This document shows positions 9,416 to 19,531 of a stretch of DNA of 64,000 bases, in pieces (position 1 is the stretch's first letter; every line of letters starts with the position of its first letter). A model generated the notes under the pieces. The model ran no database searches. It saw only the letters and a program-made list of their open reading frames with translations, and was not told the DNA's origin. The stretch comes from Capsulimonadaceae bacterium. GTDB taxonomy: Bacteria > Armatimonadota > Armatimonadia > Armatimonadales > Capsulimonadaceae. The position numbers were made by a program, and so were the translations under genes. Location of the stretch: positions 1,056,001 through 1,120,000 of the forward strand of contig OZ244065.1 of assembly GCA_965215505.1 (NCBI GenBank), in the 5' to 3' direction.

Positions 9416-12400
9416 TCAGGGCGACGGGACCAGCAGGGTGCAGGGCTGATAGGCGAGGACCCAGTAGCCGAGATAGGGGTCCAGCGTGTTGATAGGAGCC
9501 GGTGGGGTGATGCTGGCAGGTGTGACCGGCAGATATGTCAATGTGTTTGGAGCTGCCTGCGTCACGCCGTATTTGTAGAACGTGAAGCTGAGGACCGCAT
9601 TGTCGCTGGCAGTTTTCAGATCGGTCGGTGTGCCACCGACCTGGACTCCCATGCTGGTAGTGATTGGCTGCACGAGAAGATCGTTCATTTTCACCGTCCC
9701 TGCGAAGGGGTTGCCTATCATGTTCCATCCAGGAGAGAGTGGAATGGAGAAGCGCCCGTTGACGTCCGTGGTCGCAGGCACGCCGCGCCGGCCCAGAGCG
9801 ACTTCCGCGCCCGTCGCGGGATCTGGGAAACGTCCCCAGTAGCCCTTTCCGATGACTAGTTTCTCCGCAGTGATTCCAGTGAGCAGGATGTAAGCCCCTC
9901 CGGTCGAGTTCCCGTTGCTGTCTTTCGCAGCGGGGTCCCAGACCGCTAACTTGATGCCACTGGAAACCAGACTGAAATCGGTGGGATTGAGGGATTCCAG
10001 CACGGCATCCGGGAAGAGCGGTACGCCCGTGGCTTTATCCACAAACACGGAGTAGTCGAAAGGCGTGGAGAGCATCTGCAACCCGCCACCGTAGTGGGCG
10101 GATACAACAGGCCCAAGCGGCGTGACGCGGGTGGATACCACAGGCCCAAGCGGCGTGACGGCGAATGTGGCCGTAGCGATTGAGGCGGCAGGGGCAGGAT
10201 TGTTCACCGTAATCGTCGCCGAGCTAGATATAGCGATCAAGGAAGTGCCTGGTATCGGGTCGCTGATCGCGTTTATTCCCCCTGGAACATTCACTGTGAT
10301 ATGAGCCGAATCAGTGACTATGGCAGCCAACGTCCTTATCAGACCGGCTTGGGTTGTGTAAGTGACCGTGCTGCCCGTAGTCGGGCTATTCGCATCCGTG
10401 GGCTGCACAAAGCCAGTGCCGGTGATGATGACGGATATGTCACCACTCCCGACAGGCACCGAGGCGGGGGCGAGGGTGAGGCCGCCCAGAGCCGGGTTAT
10501 TGACAGTGAACGAATTGCTTGCTACGGAAGAACCGCCGCCGGTCGCGGTCAGTTGATCGTTCGCACCCGCCTGGCTGATCTTCAGGTCGCTGAATGTGGC
10601 GATGCCAGCCGAACTCGTGTTTTGAGTCAATGTGCCACTCAATGTCCCGCCGCCCTTGGTTAAGGACAAAACAATCGGGATGCCGGCCAGCGTATTCCCG
10701 TTCGCGTCTGTCAGAAGCACGTTCACTGCCGGGTTGGCGTAGTTCCCCGCCGTGAACACGGTCGGCTGCACCGAGAAGCTGATCTTCGTGGTGGCGCTGG
10801 TAGTCACCTGGATCGGATTGCTCGGCGATGAACTGATAACGCTGTTAGTAGCGGTCACGAGGCTAGTAGCGGTCAGGAGGTAAGTGCCGACTTTATTGAT
10901 GTTCAGGCTACTAAAGGTTGCAACACCGCCGGTCGTCGTACCCGATGCTCCTGAGAGGATAGTCCCGGCAGCAGCGGCGGTGTTATCGGCGTTCGTGAGC
11001 GCCAGTGTGACTGTGGTGTTGTCCAGGGCAGGATTGCCTTCATTGTCCGTGACCTTGACCAGCACAGAAGGTGTGATGGGTGCCCCTGCGGCGAATGTGG
11101 CAGGTTTAGTAGGATCAGTGGTCGGCTGCTGGGTGATGGTTATCAGTTTGAGTATGCCGGTTGTGACGACCACCGGGGTACTCGGTGCCGAAGGGACAGC
11201 TCCGGCGGTGGCGGTCAGGACATAGGACCCGACTTTATTGATGCTCAGGAGGGCACTGTTCAGGCTGCTGAAGGTTGCCACGCCACCGACGGTACTGATG
11301 CCGGACGCTCCTGAGAGCCTGGTCCCAGCCGCAACGGAGGTGCCATCGGCGTTGGTGAGCGCCAGGGTGACTGGAGTGCCGTCCGGCGCGGGATTGCCCT
11401 GTCTATCTTTGACAGTCACCGTCAGGGAGAACAGGCTTGAGGGGTCTGCCGTCACCGAGGTCGGCGTCGGCCCGCCCGTGATGGCGACGCCAGAAACGGT
11501 GCCGGTGCCGACCGTCACCAGATCGCTGACCACAGGCGTCGCACCAGCGACTTTGACTTGCAGGGTGTATGAGCCGGCGATGTTGATGTTCAGGGCGCTG
11601 AAGTTCGCCGCGCCGCTCACCGTCTTAACACCAGATGCCCCGCTCAGGATGATGTTCATGTCGGCTATCGGCGTCACGCCATCAGCTTTCAGCAAAGCCA
11701 GTGTGACGGGTGTGCCGTCGGTGACCGGGTTGCCTTCGGCATCCTGGACCGTGACGCTCAGGGCGAACGTGCTGGCGGCGTCCGCCGTCACCGAAGTCGG
11801 CGTCGGCTGCTGCGTGATCGTAACATGGGGTGCGCCAGGGGTGATCGTGACCGAACTGCTCGGCCGTGCTGAGGTGATCGCACTAAGGCCGGTGCCGGTC
11901 TGCGCTGCCAGAACGTAGGTCCCGATCTTGTTGATGTTGAGTTTGCTGAACGCCGCCCTACCAGCGCTCGTAGTCGCTGAAGGTGCGATGGGGGCCGTGC
12001 CGGAGGCGTCTGTGAGGCTTGTTCCCGATGTCAGAGCAGAACCATCGGCATGGGACAGAACCGGTGTCACGGTCGTGCCATCAATGACGGGGTTGCCGTA
12101 GGCATCTGCGATGGCGATGCCAAGCGAGAACGTCCCGTCTGCGGACGTCGTGGATGGGTTAGGCCCGGTGAAGGCGAAACCGGCGGGTGCCGCCGGCCCA
12201 GGCCTTATGGTGATGCCGGCGTCGGAAGCCGTCTGACCGCCTCCAGTAGCTGTCAGTGTGTAAGGGTTGATGCTCGATGCGCTCGGGCTGGTTGTGTTGG
12301 CTTGTGTAATGCTCAGGTTGAATGTCACCGTTCCACTTGCGGGGGTGATCTGCGGATTCGCGCTGGTCGTGATGAACGGCACGGACGCTCCGGTGGAGTC

Positions 12401-14902
12401 AGTCAGAGTCAGCGTCACAGGCTGCCCAGGAATGGGATTGCCGGTGCTGTCGAGCAATATCAGTGTGGCGCTAAAGGATGTGCCAGCCTGCGGCGGGATC
12501 GTGGGAACGGGAGTAAAGCGCAGGGTGGTGCTGCTCGAAGTGACGGCAACGAGATTGCTGTCCGCCGTCTTGCCATCGGCAGTGGCGGTGATGATGTAAT
12601 TGCCGGTCGAAGTGATGTCCATGTCGGCAAAGGTCGCCACACCACCGCTGGTCGTTGTGACCGTTTTTGTTCCGACCAGCTTCCCGGTAGCATCCACGCC
12701 CGTGTCTGTTTTCATCGTCAGCGTGACGGGCCTGCCATTGACGCCGTTACCCTCCGCATCCGTGGCAGCCGCCCCGAGACGGAACATAGTTCCGGCAGGA
12801 ACGGTGCTGGGCGGCTGCTGGCTGATGACGACGGAGGCGACCGCGCCGGGAGTCACCGTGATGGAGTTGCTGGCTGCGGATGTCACCGTAACCGCGTTAG
12901 CGGTCGCGGTGGCGACGAGGGCGTGCGTACCGGTCTTGTTGATGTTGAGGCTGCCGAAAAAGGCGGTGCCGGTGGTCGAGGTCGCCGACGGGGGCATCGT
13001 CGCCGGGCTGGCCGAGGCGTCGGACAGGGTCGCGGTGTCCGGCGCGACCAGTGCGAGCGTGAACGTCGTCGGCGTCGTGATCGGGTTGCCTTCCGCGTCC
13101 GTGGCTGTCACGCCTGCCGAGAACGTGTTGTCCGCCGAAACCGTCGTCGGCGCGGTCGCCGGGGTGGTCGCTGGCTGGGGGCTGATGGTCACCGTATGCA
13201 GCGCGCCTGCGACAATGGCGACGGGGCTGCTGTCCGCCGAGGAGATGCCGCCGCTGGTGGCCGTGAGGGTGTAGGTCCCCACCTTGTTGACGTTGAGCGT
13301 GAACGAGGCAATGCCGCCGCTGGTGGTGGCCGAGCCGCCGACCAGAGTGGCGGTCCCCCCGGCCGTGGGGGTGCCGTTGAGCGCCAGTGTGACCGGCGTA
13401 CCGTCAGTGACCGAGTTGGAACCGGCGTCCATGACCGTGGCCTGGAGTGTGAAGGTGTTGTCAGCAGAGATGGAGGCCGGAGGCTGCTGCGTGATGGCGA
13501 CGGAGGCTGGGACGTCGGCGGTGATGGCTATGGCGCTGGTGTCAACAAAGTCGGTGGATACGCCGCTGGTGACCTGCAGGATGTAAGAGCCGGTCTTGTT
13601 GATTCTCAGCGCGTTGAATGTCGCCACGCCGTTGCTGGTAGTGACGCCGGATGCTCCCGTAAGGGTCACTCCATTGGCAACGGCGGTGCCACTGGGATTC
13701 AGCAGGGTGAGTGTGACCGCCGTACCGTCGGTGACGGTGTTGCCGTCGGCATCCGTGACTCTTGCCTTCAGCGAGAAGGCATTGCCTGCTGAGGCGGAGG
13801 CCGGTGGCTGCTGCGTGATGGAGACGCTGGCCGGTGCGCCGGCGCTGATGGTGATGCTGGTAGTGCCAGCGGCGGCGGGCGCGGGTGCGCTGGTCGCCGT
13901 CAGCGTGTAAGTGCCCGGCTTGTTGATGTTGAGGCTGCCGAAAGAGGCGGTGCCGCTGGTCGTAGTCGCGCTAGTCGTTCCTGCAAGGATAGCCCCTGGC
14001 GGAGTAGTAGGCTGGGTCAACGCCAGTGTGGCCGGCGTCCCGTCGGCGACCAGGTTGCCATACTGGTCTTTCACAATCACGGTTGTGGAAAAGAGCTGGT
14101 CGGTTGTCCTCGCGGTCGGGGACGGTGCCGGCAGACTCACCGAGTTGGGAACGTCGGGCGCGATCTTGAATGTGGCGGGGAGCGTTCCCGTAAGCCCCGC
14201 CGCCGAAGCCGTCAGCGAGTGGCTACTGCTGGTATCCGCGTTATCAATGGTAAAGGTGAAAGACACATCCCCGAAGGTGCCGGTCGTCGTCGGCCCCAAT
14301 GTCCCGATCGTCGCGGGCGGCGGCGATGGGTTCACGAAATCGGCGGGGTTGACACTCAGAGTCACCGGCACGCCGGGGTCGGCGACATCGTTGCCGTTCA
14401 CATCCTGCACCTGTACCGTCACCGTCATCGCGTGTCCCGCAGTGCCATTGACAGGCGGCGCGGAAAAGACCACTTGGTTCGCGGCTCCGGGCGTGACGGT
14501 GATCTGTCCACTCGCCGTTGATGTCACTCCCAGGCTGGTGGCGGTGATCTTGTAGGTGCCGGCCTTGTTGATTTTCAGATTCGGGAAACTCGCATTGCCC
14601 ACGCCACCGCTGACTTGCCCGATGGCGGGCGTTAGGGTCGTCCCACTCGGCGCGGGTGTCGCCCCATCCGCCTGCAAGAGGTTGAGCGTCACCGGCGTCG
14701 TGTCGGGGGCAGCCCCGCTATTGTCTACATGGACCGTGATCAAGAATGTGCTGGTCGGGTCAGCCGTTATAGACGAAGGAGCCGGCCCTGCGGTGATGGT
14801 GACGACCGGCACCGCCATCGCCGCCCTGGAACTGAATGTCAGTATCAGGAACGCGAAAAACGTGAGAAGCCGGAACAGCCGGAATTGAGGTTTCGCAAAC
14901 AT
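9416..14902 (-). CDS. giant secreted Ig-like repeat protein (invasin/Big_1-like adhesin or surface protein), 1828 aa
   Basis: Signal peptide; about 13 repeats of ~105 aa (ITQQP...V.DA.GN.V.DGT.VTL...ATF..LNINK.G.Y.L.AT); an IPT/TIG-like domain; C-terminal domain with GWNMIGNPF and GYWV. Confidence 0.85.
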   Translation of the reverse strand: MFAKPQFRLFRLLTFFAFLILTFSSRAAMAVPVVTITAGPAPSSITADPTSTFLITVHVDNSGAAPDTTPVTLNLLQADGATPAPSGTTLTPAIGQVSGGVGNASFPNLKINKAGTYKITATSLGVTSTASGQITVTPGAANQVVFSAPPVNGTAGHAMTVTVQVQDVNGNDVADPGVPVTLSVNPADFVNPSPPPATIGTLGPTTTGTFGDVSFTFTIDNADTSSSHSLTASAAGLTGTLPATFKIAPDVPNSVSLPAPSPTARTTDQLFSTTVIVKDQYGNLVADGTPATLALTQPTTPPGAILAGTTSATTTSGTASFGSLNINKPGTYTLTATSAPAPAAAGTTSITISAGAPASVSITQQPPASASAGNAFSLKARVTDADGNTVTDGTAVTLTLLNPSGTAVANGVTLTGASGVTTSNGVATFNALRINKTGSYILQVTSGVSTDFVDTSAIAITADVPASVAITQQPPASISADNTFTLQATVMDAGSNSVTDGTPVTLALNGTPTAGGTATLVGGSATTSGGIASFTLNVNKVGTYTLTATSGGISSADSSPVAIVAGALHTVTISPQPATTPATAPTTVSADNTFSAGVTATDAEGNPITTPTTFTLALVAPDTATLSDASASPATMPPSATSTTGTAFFGSLNINKTGTHALVATATANAVTVTSAASNSITVTPGAVASVVISQQPPSTVPAGTMFRLGAAATDAEGNGVNGRPVTLTMKTDTGVDATGKLVGTKTVTTTSGGVATFADMDITSTGNYIITATADGKTADSNLVAVTSSSTTLRFTPVPTIPPQAGTSFSATLILLDSTGNPIPGQPVTLTLTDSTGASVPFITTSANPQITPASGTVTFNLSITQANTTSPSASSINPYTLTATGGGQTASDAGITIRPGPAAPAGFAFTGPNPSTTSADGTFSLGIAIADAYGNPVIDGTTVTPVLSHADGSALTSGTSLTDASGTAPIAPSATTSAGRAAFSKLNINKIGTYVLAAQTGTGLSAITSARPSSSVTITPGAPHVTITQQPTPTSVTADAASTFALSVTVQDAEGNPVTDGTPVTLALLKADGVTPIADMNIILSGASGVKTVSGAANFSALNINIAGSYTLQVKVAGATPVVSDLVTVGTGTVSGVAITGGPTPTSVTADPSSLFSLTVTVKDRQGNPAPDGTPVTLALTNADGTSVAAGTRLSGASGISTVGGVATFSSLNSALLSINKVGSYVLTATAGAVPSAPSTPVVVTTGILKLITITQQPTTDPTKPATFAAGAPITPSVLVKVTDNEGNPALDNTTVTLALTNADNTAAAAGTILSGASGTTTGGVATFSSLNINKVGTYLLTATSLVTATNSVISSSPSNPIQVTTSATTKISFSVQPTVFTAGNYANPAVNVLLTDANGNTLAGIPIVLSLTKGGGTLSGTLTQNTSSAGIATFSDLKISQAGANDQLTATGGGSSVASNSFTVNNPALGGLTLAPASVPVGSGDISVIITGTGFVQPTDANSPTTGSTVTYTTQAGLIRTLAAIVTDSAHITVNVPGGINAISDPIPGTSLIAISSSATITVNNPAPAASIATATFAVTPLGPVVSTRVTPLGPVVSAHYGGGLQMLSTPFDYSVFVDKATGVPLFPDAVLESLNPTDFSLVSSGIKLAVWDPAAKDSNGNSTGGAYILLTGITAEKLVIGKGYWGRFPDPATGAEVALGRRGVPATTDVNGRFSIPLSPGWNMIGNPFAGTVKMNDLLVQPITTSMGVQVGGTPTDLKTASDNAVLSFTFYKYGVTQAAPNTLTYLPVTPASITPPAPINTLDPYLGYWVLAYQPCTLLVPSP

Positions 14903-14957
14903 TGCACAATCCTTTAGGACGGGAAACAGGAGAATTGCTGGAGGGTACGCTCCGGGG

Positions 14958-15620
14958 TCAAGGGCGGATCGCCCTCAAAGGCACCGGCGGCACTGGCGAC
15001 CCTGGCGGCACTCCCGGCGTTCCCGATACGGGCGGCGGCCCGTCTGCATAGACGGCCAGGATACTGCCGGATTCGACGACCGAGGGCAGCAGAGCTTCCA
15101 GCGTGTTGGTTTCTGGAGCCGGATTGACTGTACTGACGGGTAACGCCTTCCAGCCTGCCGCGATATTGTTCGTCTTGTCGTCCGCCGGGCTATAGAGGTA
15201 GACGCGGGGGACGCTGGATGACGTATCGCCGGAAGGCAGGTAAATCCGCGCCTGCGGGCTGAAAGCCACATTAGGAGTGCTGAAAGTAATGCGGTAGGCA
15301 GAAAACTGCAACGTCGCAGTGGAGTCCGGTGCGGCTGGCATCCCTGTCGTGACAGGGGCGGCGGTCACGATGACGCCGGAGGTGACGGAGCCGACCGTGT
15401 ATTCAAAATGAACATTGGGATAGGGAATGACCGGCCCGGAGCCGTCAGGGACGAACCGGAAGCCCTCGTCGGTGGTGCTGCCCCCCCCGCCGCCGCAGCC
15501 GCTCAGGAGCAGGACGAGCAGGACGCCGAGCGACGCCGACAAGGTGTGTCGGCAGCGCGCCCCGGTGCGCGGGCACCCGGCCCGCAACGTCTTCGGAAAC
15601 CACATGTTCGGAAACCGCAT
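14958..15620 (-). CDS. lipoprotein with a beta-sandwich domain
   Basis: GAGAGGA SD before ATG 15620; hydrophobic stretch with lipobox LLSG-C followed by a Gly run; Pro-rich tail. Confidence 0.7.
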   Translation of the reverse strand: MRFPNMWFPKTLRAGCPRTGARCRHTLSASLGVLLVLLLSGCGGGGGSTTDEGFRFVPDGSGPVIPYPNVHFEYTVGSVTSGVIVTAAPVTTGMPAAPDSTATLQFSAYRITFSTPNVAFSPQARIYLPSGDTSSSVPRVYLYSPADDKTNNIAAGWKALPVSTVNPAPETNTLEALLPSVVESGSILAVYADGPPPVSGTPGVPPGSPVPPVPLRAIRP

Positions 15621-15923
15621 GTCGCTAGTCCTCTCTTCAGTCCACCAGACCCAGCCGGACGGCGCGGCGCGCAGGCCCGCCTCGCCCCGGCAGGGGCGTG
15701 GGGAGCCGGACGCCTGCGGACGGGCGCAGGGCATCGCCGAGGGGCTGCCGAGGGCAGCCCGCCGGTATCAGATTGCCGGCGGCACGGGAGCGTGACGCCG
15801 GGTACAGCAAGACTTGCAGGGTTAAAACGGGACGTGCTATTGACAGGATGTGCTATCGAGTCGGGACGTGCTTGGGGTGGTGCATTTGTGCGGATCAGAG
15901 CTACAGGGACATCGGCACACAGC

Positions 15924-15952
15924 ATCTTAACATAGTATTATGGGGATGTCAA
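15924..15952 (-). promoter_or_regulatory. sigma70-type promoter for the lipoprotein/Ig/beta-barrel unit
   Basis: Minus strand TTGACA-17 nt-TAAGAT with extended -10 TG; implies a leader of about 300 nt. Confidence 0.7.
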
Positions 15953-16318
15953 GAGAATGGCAGAAATTCGCCGCGATTAAATGAAAAGCTTCCCCTAGCC
16001 CCAGAAGGTCATCGGAGACGGCACGGATTATGGCATGCGTTTGGTCTAGCGGCCTTGCCTCCATGCCAACAGGATCATGCTCGGGCCGAGCGACGTACTG
16101 ACGTGTAACACCTAATACTTGTAGATAGTAATAGCTTTCGTTAAAGCCAGTATTCTTACTGGTTTAATCTATGAATCTGCCGGTTGGCACAATATCTGCT
16201 TGTGTTACTGATGTCGGACAGCCAGCCTGCCTCGATGAGTCCCAAAGCCGACTGTTCCCGGCCCACGAGCCGGGCCGTCACCGACAATCGCCCGAAGCAG
16301 TCCTTTCTACCACAGCAG

Positions 16319-17512
16319 ATGATGAAGATTTCCGTCCCACTTTTCGTCGCCTCCTGGGCGCTCATAGGCTATACCTACTGCCTCTTCCCGCTGCTGATCG
16401 CGCTGCTGGCCCGCCTCGCGGGCAGGCCTGCGCCGGAGATGGGGGGTTGGGCGGAGGAGGACCTCCCGAGCGTCGTCGTCGTCGTCGCGGCCCACAACGA
16501 GGAGGGGTTCATCGCGGCGAAGGTCCGCAACACCTGGCAGATCGACTATCCGCCGGACAAGCTGACTCTGCTCATCGGCAGCGATGGGTCGTCCGACTCC
16601 ACGCCCGACATCCTCCGTTCCCTGCGGCACCCCCGCCTCTACGCCCGGACATTCGAACAGCGGCGCGGCAAGGTGTCTGTGGTCAACGACCTGATGGCGG
16701 AAGCGGACGCGGACATCGTCATCCTCTCCGACGCCAACACGACGCTGGCACCGGACGCGGTGCGGAAGCTCGTTCGCCACTTCCGGGACCCGAGGGTGGG
16801 CTGCGTCAACGGCGCGCTGGCCCTGGAACACGGCGGCGGCGTCTCCGGGGAGGGGCTGTACTGGAAGTATGAACTGTGGATCAAGACGAACGAGAGCCGC
16901 CTGGGGTTCGTCATCGGCTGCTACGGGGGCATACTCGCCGTCCGGCAGGGCCTCTACCAGCCGCTCCCCCCGACGACGATTGTCGAGGACTTCGTCCTGA
17001 CTATGAACATCATGGCGGACGGCTGGGGCGTGCGGTTTGACCCCGAGGCGCGGGCCACGGAGCCGGCCAGCGCCTCGTCACGCGCCGAGTGGGGGCGCAA
17101 GGTCCGCATCGGGGCCGGCGACTTCCAGGCGCTGGGCCTGACGCGGCGGATGCTGCACCCGCGCCAAGGCCTGCGGGCGTTTTCCTACTGGAGCCACAAG
17201 GTCCTTCGCTGGTTCGCCCCGTTCCTCCTGATCGGCGCGGTGGCCGGCAACCTCGGCATCGCCACGGCCCAGGGCTTCCCCGCCGGCGGCGTCTTCACCT
17301 GGCTCCTGGCGGCGCAGGCGGCCGGCATCCTCGCCTCGCTCCTCGTATACCGGCTGCCGGAAGGCTCCGGCCCGCCGGCCTGGCTGCGCCCGGTCAGCTT
17401 TTTCTACCTGATGAACTTCGCCCTGCTCTGCGGTTTCTGGCGCTGGGTGCGCGGCAGCCAGTCGGCGGCCTGGCAGCAGGCCGCCCGGCAGGCCTCGGAG
17501 CAGCCGGTTTGA
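16319..17512 (+). CDS. glycosyltransferase family 2, membrane-bound (start may be 16211)
   Basis: AAHNEE, SDGSSD, DAN and VEDF motifs; N- and C-terminal TM helices. Confidence 0.9.
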   Translation: MMKISVPLFVASWALIGYTYCLFPLLIALLARLAGRPAPEMGGWAEEDLPSVVVVVAAHNEEGFIAAKVRNTWQIDYPPDKLTLLIGSDGSSDSTPDILRSLRHPRLYARTFEQRRGKVSVVNDLMAEADADIVILSDANTTLAPDAVRKLVRHFRDPRVGCVNGALALEHGGGVSGEGLYWKYELWIKTNESRLGFVIGCYGGILAVRQGLYQPLPPTTIVEDFVLTMNIMADGWGVRFDPEARATEPASASSRAEWGRKVRIGAGDFQALGLTRRMLHPRQGLRAFSYWSHKVLRWFAPFLLIGAVAGNLGIATAQGFPAGGVFTWLLAAQAAGILASLLVYRLPEGSGPPAWLRPVSFFYLMNFALLCGFWRWVRGSQSAAWQQAARQASEQPV

Positions 17513-18870
17513 AGCCCCTGACGGCCAAACCTCTGACGCTGCGCGGGAATTTCGCGTGGACGGCCATCGGCAACATCGTCTACTCGCTTTGCAGCTGGCT
17601 CATGCTGAGCGTGATCGCCAAGATGGGCAGTCCCGCCATGGTCGGCCAGTTCTCGCTCGGCCTGGCCGTCGCCCAGCCGGTCATGGTCTTCTCGCAGCTC
17701 TCTTTGAACCAGGTGCAGGCGACCGACGCCCGGTGCGAGTACCGTTTCGGCGACTATTTGGGCCTGCGGATGATCACCAACCTGCTCGCGATGGCGGGCC
17801 TGGTCGGGCTGGCGCTGGCGGGCGGCTATTCGCGGGAGGCCGGTGCGGTCGTCGTCCTCGCCGGGGTCGGCCTGGCGTTCGACGGCATCGGGGACACGGT
17901 GTTCGGCCTGCTCCGCCGACACGAGCGCATGGACCGGGTCGCGATCTCCATGGCGGCGGAGGGGGTGCTGTCTCTGCTGATGCTGACGGCGGGCCTGTCC
18001 TTCCTGCACTCGATCGTCTGGGCGGCGGCCGGCTCCGCCCTCGCTTCCGCCCTGGTGGCACTGGCCTACGACGTCCCGAACGCGGTCATCCTGCTGCGCC
18101 AGTCGGAGAACGGCGGGGACAACCTCCTGTCCCGCTTCCGATCCCGCTTCCGATCATCCGAGTTCCGGCTGCCGAGGGCGCACTACGACCCGCCTGTCCT
18201 AGGGCGGCTGGTCCGGGTGGCACTGCCGCTGGGCGTGATCATGGTGCTGCTTTCGGTCAACGGCAACATCGCGCGGTACTTCGTGGCGCACTCGCTCGGC
18301 CTGCGCGCGCTGGGCATCTTCTCCGCCCTCGTCTCGTTCGTGACCGTCGGCCGGCTGGTGACCACGGCCCTGGGCCTGTCCGCAAGCCCGCGCCTGGCCC
18401 GCTACTACGCCGCAGGGGACCGCGCGGCGTTCATCGGCCTCCAGCGGCGGCTGCTGCTAATCGGGGTGGGCGCAGGGACGGCCGCACCGGTCCTCGCTGC
18501 CATGCTGGGACGCCAGATCCTGACGCTATTCTACACACCTGAATACGCGCGGCACCTGGACGTCTTCGTGCTGTATCTGGCGGCGGGCGGCCTGAGCTAT
18601 GTGGACGGGTCCATCGGGTGGGCGATCACGGCGGCCCGCTGCTTCAAAGCGCAGGCCGTCTCCTTGGCCTTCCTGACGGTCTTGATCACCGGGGCCAGCG
18701 CCTGGCTCGTCCCCGCTTACGGGCTGCGCGGCGCGGCCTATGCCGCGCTCCTCGTCTCCGCAGCCCAGCTCGTCGGCAACTCATTGATTCTGCGGCACGT
18801 CCTGCGGACGCTCCCCGCCCGAGCGCAAGTCGTCCAGTTCAGAAAGGAAGAACATGTCCCCGCCGCGTGA
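17509..18870 (+). CDS. wzx: polysaccharide flippase (Wzx/MOP family)
   Basis: TTG start overlaps the GT2 stop; multi-TM protein beginning LRGNFAWTAIGN; operon context. Confidence 0.8.
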   Translation: MKPLTAKPLTLRGNFAWTAIGNIVYSLCSWLMLSVIAKMGSPAMVGQFSLGLAVAQPVMVFSQLSLNQVQATDARCEYRFGDYLGLRMITNLLAMAGLVGLALAGGYSREAGAVVVLAGVGLAFDGIGDTVFGLLRRHERMDRVAISMAAEGVLSLLMLTAGLSFLHSIVWAAAGSALASALVALAYDVPNAVILLRQSENGGDNLLSRFRSRFRSSEFRLPRAHYDPPVLGRLVRVALPLGVIMVLLSVNGNIARYFVAHSLGLRALGIFSALVSFVTVGRLVTTALGLSASPRLARYYAAGDRAAFIGLQRRLLLIGVGAGTAAPVLAAMLGRQILTLFYTPEYARHLDVFVLYLAAGGLSYVDGSIGWAITAARCFKAQAVSLAFLTVLITGASAWLVPAYGLRGAAYAALLVSAAQLVGNSLILRHVLRTLPARAQVVQFRKEEHVPAA

Positions 18871-19531
18871 GAAGTGTCTTGAACCGAGCCTGTGGCGCAC
18901 CCTGGCGCGCGACTTCCGGCGCTACCGCCGCGAGGGGACGCGGCACGCGCTGCACGTCCTGCTGTTCTGTCCCGGTTTCTCGGCGACTCTCGTGTACCGC
19001 CTCTTGTCGCGCCTTCAGGGGGGGGCGTCGGGGACGGGTGCTGCGCGCATCTGTCGCCTGCTGATCAACCAGTTCTGTCATGCGGTTTCCGAGACGACCG
19101 CGCTGACGACCCGCATCCTGCTGCCGCCGCACTGCCGGATCGGGGCCGGCCTGTTCATCCCCCACTTCGGGCCGCTGACGGTACACCCGGACGCCCGGAT
19201 CGGGGAGAACTGCACGCTGCACCAGGGCGTCGTGATCGGCCAGGCCGGCCGGGGCGAACGGAAGGGGGCACCGTGTTTGGGCGACCGCGTGTATGTGGGC
19301 GCGAACGCCGTCCTGATCGGCGCGATCACGCTGGGCGACGATGTGGCCGTCGGCGCGGGGGCCGTGGTGACGCGGTCGGTCCCGAGCGGAGCGGTCGTCG
19401 CGGGCAATCCGGCCCGCATCCTGTCCCACTCGGGCAGCTCCGGCCTGATCTTTTACGACGGCATGGACGCCGACCCGATGCGCTTGGGGCCGCTTACTAC
19501 CGAAGACGCGGGAGAGGCCTTACCGGCATGA
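18854..19531 (+). CDS. serine O-acetyltransferase-like hexapeptide-repeat acyltransferase
   Basis: Left-handed beta-helix repeats (IGAGLFIPH, IGENCTLHQGVVIG); VVAGNPARI. Confidence 0.88.
   Translation: MSPPREKCLEPSLWRTLARDFRRYRREGTRHALHVLLFCPGFSATLVYRLLSRLQGGASGTGAARICRLLINQFCHAVSETTALTTRILLPPHCRIGAGLFIPHFGPLTVHPDARIGENCTLHQGVVIGQAGRGERKGAPCLGDRVYVGANAVLIGAITLGDDVAVGAGAVVTRSVPSGAVVAGNPARILSHSGSSGLIFYDGMDADPMRLGPLTTEDAGEALPA

Noticed and set aside
12050..13792. 580-aa plus-strand ORF and many short neighbours
   Set aside because: Antisense to the Ig-repeat gene; Arg/Gly-rich shadow translation.
18854..19531. Calling this gene cysE
   Set aside because: Its position inside a polysaccharide operon favours a sugar O-acetyltransferase, so no symbol was assigned.
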